Source: an uncultured Bacteroidia bacterium (GTDB taxonomy: Bacteria; Bacteroidota; Bacteroidia; Bacteroidales; UBA932). Taken from it: 64,000 nt of DNA. The position numbers and the translations under genes are program-made. The stretch's first letter is position 1; each line of letters begins with the position of its first letter. The notes under the pieces are model-generated. The model was not told the origin of the DNA. It saw nothing but the letters and a program-made list of their open reading frames with translations, and did no database searches. Below, in pieces: positions 1 to 9,700 of this stretch. The stretch spans positions 8,979-72,978 of the forward strand of contig CACZEU010000003.1 in NCBI GenBank assembly GCA_902780175.1, given 5' to 3'.

Positions 1-1776
1 CTCTCCGCTTCCGGGAGCACGGGTGACATCCAGGCGGATTACGGGGCGGAGGGATTTTTCGTGCATGGCCTCGCTGAACCAGTCCCGGTCAAGACTCACC
101 TTGGAGCCCGCAGGCCCGGAAACCTTTATCCGCAGGCCGGCGTCGCCGTCCCTGTAAATGTATTCGCCGGGGGCGGTTTCTTCGATGGAACCGGCTCCAA
201 GGCCGTTTCGTAGCGTCAGACGGCCGGAAGCGGGGCCCCGGACCACATCCGTCACCACGAAGTGGTTCTCATCCACGAACTCGATGCTGCGGCGTCGTGT
301 AAGGCCCTCGTAGGCCTCATGCTGCACGGTGAGGCGCTGGATACGTCCTTCCGGGGTCCATTCCATGACCTTTGGCCGGGGGTCGTCGTAATCCCTGTCG
401 TCAAGAGTAAGGGCATTGTGGCGCGCCGTGGCCTTGAAGTAGGCCCTCTGGCGCTCGATTTCATCGTCTCCGGAATAAGTATAGGACCCGGCGTCGGGCA
501 TAAGTATCTTGCCGTACGCCCAAAGCTCGAAGGTCCCGAAATCCGGCTGGGCGTGCCACATGCCGCGCTCCGTGGCCTTTATGGGCATGATGATGCTGTC
601 ATCCGTCCAGCCGTTGCGGAAGCAGTAGAATCCGGTATCCGGGTGGCCGGAGGACTTGTAAGCAGGAGGGACGATCCCGAAATGCTCCAGGAGTTCCGGG
701 GACGGAAGGTCGTCCCGGCGGCGGGCGTCGCTGAAGCAGGGGTGCGTGCCGTCCGGATAGCAGTAATCCAGATAGTAATTGGTCATGCGGACCAGCTGCC
801 CGATGCATTCCGCCGGGAAGAGGTCCTTCCGTCCGTTCCTCGCGGCAACCTGGATGGCTTCGTCATAGGATTCCACAAAGCCGATGTGGTAGCCCGGGTC
901 GAGCTCATAGTGGCAGCCGTCCGGATATGACTGGCGTTTGATTTCCTCGTTTAAATTGTCCACGCCTGCCTTTGTCCAGGATTCCGCATCCTTGAACTCG
1001 GGGAAACAGATACCTGCACGCAGGATGCCGGAAGACTGATGGATAAGGTGGTTCCCGGCCGGACTGAAAGACTGCATCAGGACGGACGCGTTCTCATGGT
1101 AGGAGCGCAGGAATTCCATCAGGAACTCCGGTGTAAAGCTCTTTGAGTCCAGGAAGAGGGCGAATTGCCTGCTCCAGCGCAGAAGGCGTATTCCCACCTC
1201 CAGAGGCCTCCAGGCAAAGCATTCGTTGGGCGAATCGATGCCGATGGCTCCGCTGCTCACCGTCCCGTACTGGTCTGTCACGAACGGCTTGTAAGGGTTT
1301 TTCTTTACCCAGTCGCGAAACTCCGTCACATACTCCCTGGCATACTTCTCCTTGCCGGTAGTGCAGTAAACCTTGGCCAGCGAAGTCCACCACCCCTGCC
1401 TGTGGAGCTGCACCCGCATCTCTATGTCCTTTACGGGCCAGTATTCCCAGTTGATGTCCTTCCCGTAGTTCCAGACGGTGTCTTCCAGGACGTGGAAAGT
1501 ATGATGGAGGGCGTCATCGGCCCGGAGGAAATCCTTCTCTGACGCGTCCCTCGATTCTTCACCGGGGATATAGATACCCTGGCGGGTGCGGTAATATTCC
1601 AGAAGGGCCCCGGACGCCTTTTTCCACTGCTCTCTGTCACAGTGCGCCCTGACCTTCTCCAGGCCGGGCCTGTCCAGGTCCAGAAGGGCAAAGACGTCCT
1701 GCATATCACCTGCAGGCGAACAGGCGGCAAGGCAGAAGAAAACGCCCAGAAGCAGTATTAACCTTTTTGCACTCAG
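1..1776 (-). CDS. Heparinase III / heparin-sulfate lyase-like lipoprotein (PL12-like), 3' end outside window
   Basis: Not in the ORF track because the frame is open to base 1. Manual translation gives SAKRLILLLGVFFCLAAC (lipobox), NYGKDINWEYWPVKDIEMRVQLHR, FAWRPLEVGIR, GNHL, YPDGCHYELDPGYH, WHAQPDFGTFELW and TARHNALTLD, which are typical of HepC-type lyases. An upstream in-frame stop at 1780-1782 leaves CTG (1776) as the likely start. The first ATG (1704) lies after the signal peptide. Confidence 0.85.
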   Translation of the reverse strand, partial: MSAKRLILLLGVFFCLAACSPAGDMQDVFALLDLDRPGLEKVRAHCDREQWKKASGALLEYYRTRQGIYIPGEESRDASEKDFLRADDALHHTFHVLEDTVWNYGKDINWEYWPVKDIEMRVQLHRQGWWTSLAKVYCTTGKEKYAREYVTEFRDWVKKNPYKPFVTDQYGTVSSGAIGIDSPNECFAWRPLEVGIRLLRWSRQFALFLDSKSFTPEFLMEFLRSYHENASVLMQSFSPAGNHLIHQSSGILRAGICFPEFKDAESWTKAGVDNLNEEIKRQSYPDGCHYELDPGYHIGFVESYDEAIQVAARNGRKDLFPAECIGQLVRMTNYYLDYCYPDGTHPCFSDARRRDDLPSPELLEHFGIVPPAYKSSGHPDTGFYCFRNGWTDDSIIMPIKATERGMWHAQPDFGTFELWAYGKILMPDAGSYTYSGDDEIERQRAYFKATARHNALTLDDRDYDDPRPKVMEWTPEGRIQRLTVQHEAYEGLTRRRSIEFVDENHFVVTDVVRGPASGRLTLRNGLGAGSIEETAPGEYIYRDGDAGLRIKVSGPAGSKVSLDRDWFSEAMHEKSLRPVIRLDVTRAPGSGE

Positions 1777-1914
1777 TACTTATCCGGTTTTGTATTCGTC
1801 TCAAAGATAATCATTATTTTTGTCAACAGTATGAAGAAGAATGTATCCATTTTTCTGGCTCTGTTGACAGCCTTGGCCGTCAATGCCCGAAGCACCTCCT
1901 GCAATCCGGACTGG
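1749..1914. repeat. Direct repeat copy 1 (166 bp) of 39582-39747
   Basis: Manual alignment is gap-free with 12 mismatches in 166 nt. It covers the divergent promoter plus the 5' ends of both lyase genes. Confidence 0.95.
1802..1822. promoter_or_regulatory. Back-to-back Bacteroidota -7 boxes
   Basis: TATCTTTG on the minus strand (1809-1802) and TATTTTTG on the plus strand (1815-1822) both match TAnnTTTG. Confidence 0.7.
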
Positions 1915-2013
1915 CATACCGGGCATTTTCTCGACACCGGGGAAATGGCCCTGGCCTATACGGACCATCCGGTCTCGTTCCGCCTTGCCGCCGGATACAG
2001 GATAACTTTCTGA
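1831..2013 (+). pseudogene. Internally deleted, truncated remnant of the heparinase II/III-like gene at 39664
   Basis: MKKNVSIFLA...CNPDW is joined directly to HTGHFLDTGEMALA. In the intact gene these segments are 318 bp apart, with GGACTGG at both breakpoints. Similarity stops at 1956. Confidence 0.9.
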
Positions 2014-2036
2014 TAAACAGTAGCGCTGACAGACCG

Positions 2037-3602
2037 TCAGGTATATCCCAGGGCCTTGATGCGCTCTTCGAATTCCTCTTTGGGGCAGATGGCCCGGTTG
2101 CGCATCTTTGCCCTGTAAGTGTATACTGTCGACAGTGAGCACTTCAGAAACGCCGCGATGCTCGGGGAATCTTCCAATCCAAGCTTTATGATGGCGAGGA
2201 TGCGCAGTTCCGTTGGCATGGTGCGTTTGCTGCCGGACACGTCGAACCGGGCCTCTTTCCGCAGGAGGGCGTTGACGTCTTCGACGAAGTTGGGGAAGAT
2301 TCCGAGGAAGGTCTGGTCGAATATCTGATAGAACTGCTTGTAGCTGGTGAATTCAATAGGCTGGCGAAGTTCCTTCATAAGGGCTTCGGTGCCTTGTTTT
2401 TTTGCTGTCTGCAGAAGGGAGTGGCGGTATTCCTCGCTCATGTCGAGGTGCTTTACGCTCAGGTCCATATATGTAAAGACGTAGCCGTCCTTGATTTTGT
2501 TGACCTCGGCAAGGGCGTGGTTCTTCTCTTCCAGCGTCTTGTTTACCTGCTCCAGAATTCTTGACTGGCGCAGGTACATGCGGCTCAGCATCACCGACCA
2601 CGCGAGCAGTAATGACAGTATGACTATGCTGATTATCAGCATGATCTGCCGGCTCCGCTCCACCTTTTCGCTCGCTTTGACAATAACGTCCTGGGCTTGC
2701 GAGGAACGTATGAACTTGGCCTGGAAATCTCCTGCCAGCACATCGGCGAAATGTATCTGTATGTAGCGGCTTGCCCTTTTGATGTCTCCGTCGTGAAACA
2801 AGGCAAGCGACAGCTCGTACAGTGAAAGGAAGTCGCGGTTGGCTGCCCGGAAGTCCTCTACGGCGGAGCGGGCGAGATGTATCTTCTCGCGCACGGGGTC
2901 TCCCATCTGTCCGTACAGTATGCCGGTGTTGTATTCAAGCGACAGAAGGTCCTGTCTTGAGCCGCGGGCAAGTTCTATGCTGCGCAGTAATATGTCCAGG
3001 GCTTCTCGGGTCCGTCCTTCGTCCCTCAGTTGCTGGGCCAGGATCTTTTTCCCGTAGAGACTTACCGTATCGCGGGATATGTATTGCTGTCGGAAGTCTT
3101 GAAGTGAATCCGGATAGTCTTTCTGCTGAGAGAGGAATCGCGGGAAGCGGGAGATGTTTGCATATACCTCTATGCCCCTGGAAAGATACGGAAGCATAAG
3201 ACCCATGCTCTCAATTCCTGTGGTATCAATAGCTTCGTATTGGATGAGGGCTCTGGCCTCGTCGTGCGACCAGACCAGAAGCTGGATTTCTGAGAGCCGG
3301 GTCAGGAATTCTTCTTTGGGCGTAGCAGCATAATGCTGCATCAGGGTTACGTAGCGCCCTGCGGAATCTGCGCTGAAATGGCGGTATGCCTGATAAAGAG
3401 CCTCCGCCCTTTTCCACTTGGCCGAGTCCGAGGCCTCGGATAACAATGCCCTGAGGGTGTCGTTCCGGCGTTCGAATGACTGGAGAAAAAAATCTTTCTG
3501 GGCGATGGCCTCGTCAAGCCGTCTGAGTTCCTGTCGAACCGGGTCCGGCGTACAGGAACAGAGGAGTGACAACAGAATCAGAACTAAGCGAAACTTCTTC
3601 AA
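2037..3602 (-). CDS. SusR-like / DUF6377 membrane-spanning transcriptional regulator
   Basis: Signal/lipobox, TPR-like periplasmic region, single TM helix, then NKIKDGY, FYQIFDQTFLGIFPNFV, ELRILAIIKLG and C-terminal HTH IAAFLKCSLSTVYTYRAKMRN. Start moved from 3662 to TTG 3602 because a TATATTTG box lies at 3619-3612. Confidence 0.85.
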   Translation of the reverse strand: MKKFRLVLILLSLLCSCTPDPVRQELRRLDEAIAQKDFFLQSFERRNDTLRALLSEASDSAKWKRAEALYQAYRHFSADSAGRYVTLMQHYAATPKEEFLTRLSEIQLLVWSHDEARALIQYEAIDTTGIESMGLMLPYLSRGIEVYANISRFPRFLSQQKDYPDSLQDFRQQYISRDTVSLYGKKILAQQLRDEGRTREALDILLRSIELARGSRQDLLSLEYNTGILYGQMGDPVREKIHLARSAVEDFRAANRDFLSLYELSLALFHDGDIKRASRYIQIHFADVLAGDFQAKFIRSSQAQDVIVKASEKVERSRQIMLIISIVILSLLLAWSVMLSRMYLRQSRILEQVNKTLEEKNHALAEVNKIKDGYVFTYMDLSVKHLDMSEEYRHSLLQTAKKQGTEALMKELRQPIEFTSYKQFYQIFDQTFLGIFPNFVEDVNALLRKEARFDVSGSKRTMPTELRILAIIKLGLEDSPSIAAFLKCSLSTVYTYRAKMRNRAICPKEEFEERIKALGYT

Positions 3603-3693
3603 TTTTTTTTGCAAATATACCAATTCTTCCGAAATAATTTTATAAATGGGCTTATAAAACAACTTATAGAAATGACCGGGGAATTCTTGCTAA

Positions 3694-3723
3694 AACCTTA
3701 TTCTGTAGCCGTAGAATGCGGTT
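3694..3723. promoter_or_regulatory. Spaced palindrome, candidate regulator binding site
   Basis: AACC-N2-ATTCT-N8-AGAAT-N2-GGTT between the regulator and the PUL promoter. Confidence 0.4.
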
Positions 3724-3794
3724 ATTCTTTTATAAATCGGCATATAACCACTTAGATTTTTCTTTCGGGGCCTGCAAAAGTCTATTTTACTTGA

Positions 3795-3802
3795 TACATT
3801 TG
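3795..3802 (+). promoter_or_regulatory. -7 promoter box of the PUL operon
   Basis: TACATTTG matches TAnnTTTG. No clean TTTG -33 box, which fits activator dependence. Confidence 0.65.
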
Positions 3803-3863
3803 TAAAAAAACACACGCACACTAATAACTAAATAATATGTTTATAAACAAAATCCTTTCATTA

Positions 3864-4013
3864 ATGAAGATCATCATTAAAAAACCGGGCTATGAAGCAC
3901 CTTCGTCCCGCATTACCGTCCTCAAAGTAAAAACGGTTTTGTGCGCCAGTGGAGATTACACTGTCGGCATTGACCAGGATTTAACCGAAGAAGATTACGA
4001 ATGGGAGATTTAA
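3864..4013 (+). CDS. 49-aa small peptide (YxxP...LCAS-acidic tail type), below ORF-track cut-off
   Basis: MKIIIKKPGYEAPSSRITVLKVKTVLCASGDYTVGIDQDLTEEDYEWEI*. Alternative ATG at 3837. The stop is 2 nt before the next ATG (4016), and it is the first ORF after the promoter. Confidence 0.75.
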   Translation: MKIIIKKPGYEAPSSRITVLKVKTVLCASGDYTVGIDQDLTEEDYEWEI

Positions 4014-4015
4014 TC

Positions 4016-6691
4016 ATGAAAAAGGTTCTTTTACTTGCACTCGCAGCATCCGCAGCTGCTTTTGTTGTTACTTCCTGTGACAAGACTTCCCTGATTGATG
4101 ACCCCGTTCCTCAAGAGCAGGATGTCGTCAACCCTGATGATTCCGAAAACCCCGACACAGATGTTCCTGAAGGCATGGTCCGTCTGACGTTCGGCGTAAC
4201 CGCCGAGGGAGAGGGGACCAAGACCGAATGGAACGGCACCACCCATTCCTGGAGCAACGGCGATCAGGTCCGTATCCTCTGGGGTACTGGAGATTCCGAT
4301 TTTGTTGACGCCCCCGTAGTTGACGGAAAAGTCTCCGCAACGGTCGGTGTCGCCGACAACTATTACGCGGTTTATCCTACGACTGCAAATTATGCTCTCG
4401 ATCTTACCGCAGGATCCGTCACCATTACCATTCCCCGTTTCCAGACAGGTAAGTTCGAAGATGCCGACATCATGGTTGCCAAGACCGCGGCCGACTCTCC
4501 TGTGCTGAACTTCAAAAGCATGACCAACATCATTAAGTTCACCACTGGCAGCAGGTTCGCATACAATGCCGTGACAATAGGAGCTAACGAGTTTTCAGAT
4601 AACAAGTTAGCTGGTAAGGTATCCACTACGTTCCCGGCCGAATTTGCCGTAACCGGTACTCCTGACACCGATCTCCTTACCATACAGCCGGATAACCCTT
4701 CCGGAAACGCCGGTGTGTCTGCCGGACAGACCTATTATCTTGCGGTCGTCCCCGGGACCACGATTGATAATGGTATCGCATTCAAAATAGAAGAGAGAGG
4801 CACGGAAACTGTCCTTGTCGCTGGTGGACTTTCCAAGTCTTCCTACAACCGTTCCCGCGCCAGGATAAATGACATCGGCACTCTTGACGACAGAATTATA
4901 ACCGACTGGTATATCTCTGAAAGCGGAACCGGCAACGGAGCAAGCGACAGCGCTCCTGCCGCCCCCGAGAAGTTGATGGAACTTCTTAATCCCGCATATT
5001 CCACGAACAATACGACAGCAGGCTGGCGTCTTACAAACGCTACCATCCATGTCTTGCCCGGCACATACAATCTCCAGGCGCTCAATGGTGGCGAAGTGTT
5101 CGATCCTCATTACAACCTCAGCAATCTCAAGGTTCATGTGAAAGGCGAAGGCACCACCGCCAGCCCCACTAAATTCATTTGCAACCAGACCGCCGCCGAC
5201 GAACATATTTTCGCTGTTTCCGGGTCTCACAGGGTTGGTGACTTCACCTTTGAAAACATAACCTTCACCGCAAATCCTTCTGCAAGCAATACAGAATCCA
5301 GCGGCGTTGCATTCAATTATGCCGGTTCATCGGACGTCGGGAATGTCATTACTTTCAAATATTGTGTGTTTGACGGACTTACCAGTACTGCCTCAGGCAC
5401 AACCTATGGCGGAGCGGCAGTTTTTGTAGCCTCGGCCAAACAGTTTGACATACTCTTTGAGGGGTGCTCGTTCACAAATAACGTTTCTGGCCGTGCAGCT
5501 GTCGGCCTCAGCAATTCCGGTGAAAATGGCAATGTCAGTTTCACAGGCTGCACGTTCTCCAATAATACGACCTCAAATAATGGCGGTGCCATCTACGTAT
5601 ATGCTAATGGCAAGACCGTCATCGACTCCTCTACTTTCGAGGGAGATGGTACCACCAGCATGGCAAGTAACGGCGGAGCAATCACAGTTATCAAAAATGC
5701 CAGCGTAACTCTCAAGAACAGCACTATCGACAAGTGCGTCTCAAAGGGAAATGGAGGTGCTATCTTCAATCATGGTACTGTGGTTCTTGACAATACCACT
5801 ATATCGAATTGCATCGGAAAAGTCGGTGGAGCCATCTATACCGACGGCAATCTTACTATTAAGAACAACTCTGTCCTTTCCAAAAACTCTATGTATTCTG
5901 GTGGAACGAACGGCGGCGCAATATATGCTATATATGGATCCAATGGCAGTGGAGAGCCCTCCGTAGATGTGGAAAACTCCACCTTTGAATCAAATTCTTC
6001 TACGAACGGAGCCGCCATATATGGAGGTAAAGGTGATGCAAGCCACTTTGTAGTGACGAGGGTGTTCAATACGCTCTTCAAGTCCAACGCTGCTTCCGGC
6101 GGAGCTTCAAGTGGCGCTAACCGTAATGGCGGCTGCGTGTACGCTACTGACTACAACTATCTGCTGTTTGCCAACTGCACGTTCAGCGACAATACGGTAG
6201 GAACGGGCGGAATCATTTCTATGGGAAGAACCGGCAGCGTCGATTATAACAAACTTTACCTTGTCAGTTCTACCATTGACGGAGCCAACGACGGAATTCA
6301 GCGCAACAGCAAGGTAAATGTCGTGTATAATTCCATTGTTATAGGTAACAAGACCAACACGGTTCAAAACCTGTCCATCAATCATTCCATTTGGGGTACC
6401 GGCAGTCAGTTGAATATCTATGAAGAATCTGTGCTTCAAACAAATGGTAATTATACAAATACAGCCACTTCAGAAAACATAGCTTTTGCTCTGGGCGCTT
6501 ATAATGGCGGCGTTTATCCTCTGGAAGCCACATACGAGAGCCTTTACGAACAAGGTATGTCTGCCGATGATCTTAAAAACTTAACCTTCGATAATATCAC
6601 CCTCACAGACGACCAACGGCAGCTCCTCGGCAAGGACCAGAAGGGCAACAACCGTACTGGTACCATCATGGGCGCATACGTAGGCAACTAA
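4016..6691 (+). CDS. Lipoprotein with fimbrillin/type V pilin-like N-domain and right-handed beta-helix repeats
   Basis: MKKVLLLALAASAAAFVVTSC lipobox; GTKT...WSNGDQV...YYAVYP; repeated FxxN...GGAI motifs; C-terminal KDQKGNNR...MGAY. Confidence 0.75.
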   Translation: MKKVLLLALAASAAAFVVTSCDKTSLIDDPVPQEQDVVNPDDSENPDTDVPEGMVRLTFGVTAEGEGTKTEWNGTTHSWSNGDQVRILWGTGDSDFVDAPVVDGKVSATVGVADNYYAVYPTTANYALDLTAGSVTITIPRFQTGKFEDADIMVAKTAADSPVLNFKSMTNIIKFTTGSRFAYNAVTIGANEFSDNKLAGKVSTTFPAEFAVTGTPDTDLLTIQPDNPSGNAGVSAGQTYYLAVVPGTTIDNGIAFKIEERGTETVLVAGGLSKSSYNRSRARINDIGTLDDRIITDWYISESGTGNGASDSAPAAPEKLMELLNPAYSTNNTTAGWRLTNATIHVLPGTYNLQALNGGEVFDPHYNLSNLKVHVKGEGTTASPTKFICNQTAADEHIFAVSGSHRVGDFTFENITFTANPSASNTESSGVAFNYAGSSDVGNVITFKYCVFDGLTSTASGTTYGGAAVFVASAKQFDILFEGCSFTNNVSGRAAVGLSNSGENGNVSFTGCTFSNNTTSNNGGAIYVYANGKTVIDSSTFEGDGTTSMASNGGAITVIKNASVTLKNSTIDKCVSKGNGGAIFNHGTVVLDNTTISNCIGKVGGAIYTDGNLTIKNNSVLSKNSMYSGGTNGGAIYAIYGSNGSGEPSVDVENSTFESNSSTNGAAIYGGKGDASHFVVTRVFNTLFKSNAASGGASSGANRNGGCVYATDYNYLLFANCTFSDNTVGTGGIISMGRTGSVDYNKLYLVSSTIDGANDGIQRNSKVNVVYNSIVIGNKTNTVQNLSINHSIWGTGSQLNIYEESVLQTNGNYTNTATSENIAFALGAYNGGVYPLEATYESLYEQGMSADDLKNLTFDNITLTDDQRQLLGKDQKGNNRTGTIMGAYVGN

Positions 6692-6702
6692 TCTGTTTTC
6701 TT

Positions 6703-6738
6703 ATACCGCCGTACAGTATTGCGTCTGTACGGCGGTAT
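6703..6738 (+). terminator. 14-bp perfect stem-loop between the first lipoprotein and susC (partial terminator or mRNA stabiliser)
   Basis: ATACCGCCGTACAG-N8-CTGTACGGCGGTAT followed by TATATTT. Confidence 0.65.
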
Positions 6739-6752
6739 TATATTTACCATAG

Positions 6753-9700
6753 ATGCAGCAGATGAAACGTTTCTTACTATCCCTTGCTTTCCTGCTTGCG
6801 GCGGCTACGGCTGCCTTTGCGCAGATCAAGGTCGGGGGCACCGTAAAAGACGAGCTCGGAGCGCCTCTTCCCGGAGCTACCGTATCTGTAGAGGGCACCT
6901 CCACGGGAGCCGTAACCGATGCGGGCGGAGCCTTCAGCCTGAGCGTACCCTCGGAAGAATCGGTCCTGGTGTTCGAGTCGCTTGGATTCAAGACCGTCCG
7001 CATGAAGGTCGGAAGACTCCGCAACTTCGAAGCGGTCCTTGCCGAGGATGCCGAATTCCTCGACGAGGTCGTAGTCATCGGCTTCGGAGAACAGAAGAAG
7101 CAGGACCTTACCGGTTCGGTGGCTACCGTCAAGATGCAGGACGTGGAGAACGGTGCTTCCCTCTCGGTTGACCAGGCACTGCAGGGCCGCGTGGCCGGAG
7201 CCGACATCATGAGCGTCTCGGGCGATCCCACGGAAGGGACGTCGATCCGCATTCGCGGCGCACGTTCAATCACGGCGGGCAACGAACCGCTCATCGTGGT
7301 GGACGGCGTGATGAATGCCGTACAGGACCTCGGCGACCTCAATTCATCCGACATCGAGTCCATTTCCGTCCTCAAGGACGCTTCGTCCACTGCAATCTAC
7401 GGTTCCCAGGGCGCCAACGGCGTAATCATAGTGACCACAAAGGCGGGCAGCACGACCACCGGGGCAAAGCCTACCGTCACGCTTACGACCAAATGGGGCG
7501 TTTCCGCTCTTGCACGCAGCCTGGACTATATGAATGCGGCAGAATTCGCAAGCTACAACAACGACCGCATAGACTTCAGCAAATCGGCGCACGGTGACGT
7601 ATATCCCGTTACGCCGAGTTACACGCAGAAATACTCCGACCCCGAAGCGCTCGGCGAGGGAACCGACTGGCTCAAGGCCATAACCCGCACCGCACTGTTC
7701 CAGGAGCATGCCCTCTCGGTATCTGGCAACAGCAAGCAGACCAACTATTTCGCCTCCCTTTCCTATGCCGACGACGAGGGTATCATTCTCGACTCCGGAG
7801 CCAGCAGGCTCATAGGACGCCTCAACCTTGGCCACCGCTTCAACAAGTGGCTCAAGCTGGATTACAGCGCGAACGTACTCTATCGCAACAACAATAACAA
7901 CAAAACCAGTATAGGCGGCACCGCGGTATGGTCCGGCGCCGTCTATATCTCTCCTGTGCTGGGGATCGACAGCGAGGTCAACGATCTGTATAATTATGGA
8001 CAGGGCTCGCCGTTCAACAACCCCTACATCACCATCATGCAGAGCGTCAACCAGCGCAAGACCTGGTCCAACACCCAGACGCTCGCTCTCACCCTTACGC
8101 CGGTCAAAGGACTCACGATAAAGAGCCGCAACACCTATTACAAATACGATTCTCACCTATACAAATATCTTCCCGGCACGCTCCCGGCACGCCGTCTCGC
8201 GGCGACCGGAGGCGAAGTGACCCGTCAGGACGGCGACCTGGTGCAGATCAACACCGACAACACCGCAACGTACAAGACCGATATAGCCCACAAGCACCAT
8301 CTGGACGTGATGGCCGGCATGTCGATGTATTACAAGCTGTCCGGCAACCAGAACATAGTCGGCAAGGGGATGCTTGTGGACGAACTCCTTTGGAACGACC
8401 TGTCCGCAATCGGCGATAAAGACAATTACACCATCACTTCTTCGAACCAGGAAGTACGGAAACTGAGTTTCCTGGGACGCCTCAATTACAATTACAAGCA
8501 GCGTTACTACCTTACCGCAACCGGACGCGCCGACGCATCCTCCAACTTCGCGGCCAACAACAAATGGGGATTTTTCCCCTCCGCCGCCGTCAAATGGAAT
8601 ATCGCTAACGAGCCATGGCTAAAGCGCACCCGCATATTCAAGGAACTCTCTCTGCGATTGAGCGCCGGACGCACCGGCAACGACGCCATCGCGCCCTACA
8701 GCTCCCTGCAGCGCCTGAGTTCCTCCACCGGCGGATACCTCATCGGCGACGGACAGGTTACATATTACTATCCCAGCCGTCTGGACAGCCCCGACCTCAC
8801 CTGGGAAAAGACCGACCTGTACAATGCCGCTCTCGACGTCGCCGTGCTCAAGGGGCGCATAAAGATGACAGTCGAAGGCTATATGGCCAACACCCGTGAC
8901 CTGCTTCTCAGCGTGCAGAAGGCTCAGCAGACCGGCTACAGCAGCTATACCCAGAATCTCGGCCGCACCTCCAACAAGGGCGTCGAGCTGTCCCTTGAGA
9001 CCCAGAACGTGGTGCATCGCAATTTCTCATGGACAACTTCCTTCACAGTTTCCCACAACACCCAGATGGTGGAAGACATCGGCGGCGAGAGCGAAGTGGT
9101 CGCCATGAAGGACCAGAAGGGTTACATGATCTACGGCTACAGGGCGGGCTACCCGCTCAACTCCCTCTGGGGATTCCAGTACGGAGGCGTGTGGCACAAC
9201 CAGCAGGAGATAGCCGACAACGACATCACCCATCAGTATGTGGACTACTACGCAAAGCCCTACAAATGCGGAAGGCCCAAGTACGTGGACCAGAATCATG
9301 ACGGCATACTCGACAACCAGGACCTCACCTACCTGGGCAATGCCGACCCCATAGTTTACGGAGGCTTGCAGAACAACTTCCATATCTTCGGCTTCGACCT
9401 CGGAATCTTCTTCGCCTACTCGCTGGGCGGCAGCATCTACAATTATTCCGAATTCTTCATGGCCGGAACATATTGTTCCAACCAGTACCGATACATGCTT
9501 AACGGCTGGCATCCGTACCGCAACCCGGAATCCAATTTCCCGGCGGCGGGCGCAAGCGGTTCCAGCATGCTCCCAAGCGATTTCATGGTACACGACGCCT
9601 CGTACCTCAGGCTCAAGACTGTCAAGCTGTCTTACAAGTTCGACCTCGACAAGAACGTCAAATGGATACGGAGCGTGTCGGTCGGCGTGACTGCCGACAA

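Noticed and set aside
262-1542. Plus-strand ORFs of 222 and 125 aa
   Set aside because: Antisense to the heparinase III-like gene.
3864-4013. Lasso peptide/RiPP cluster
   Set aside because: The YxxP motif is present, but no cyclase, peptidase, RRE or radical SAM gene is recognisable in the window.
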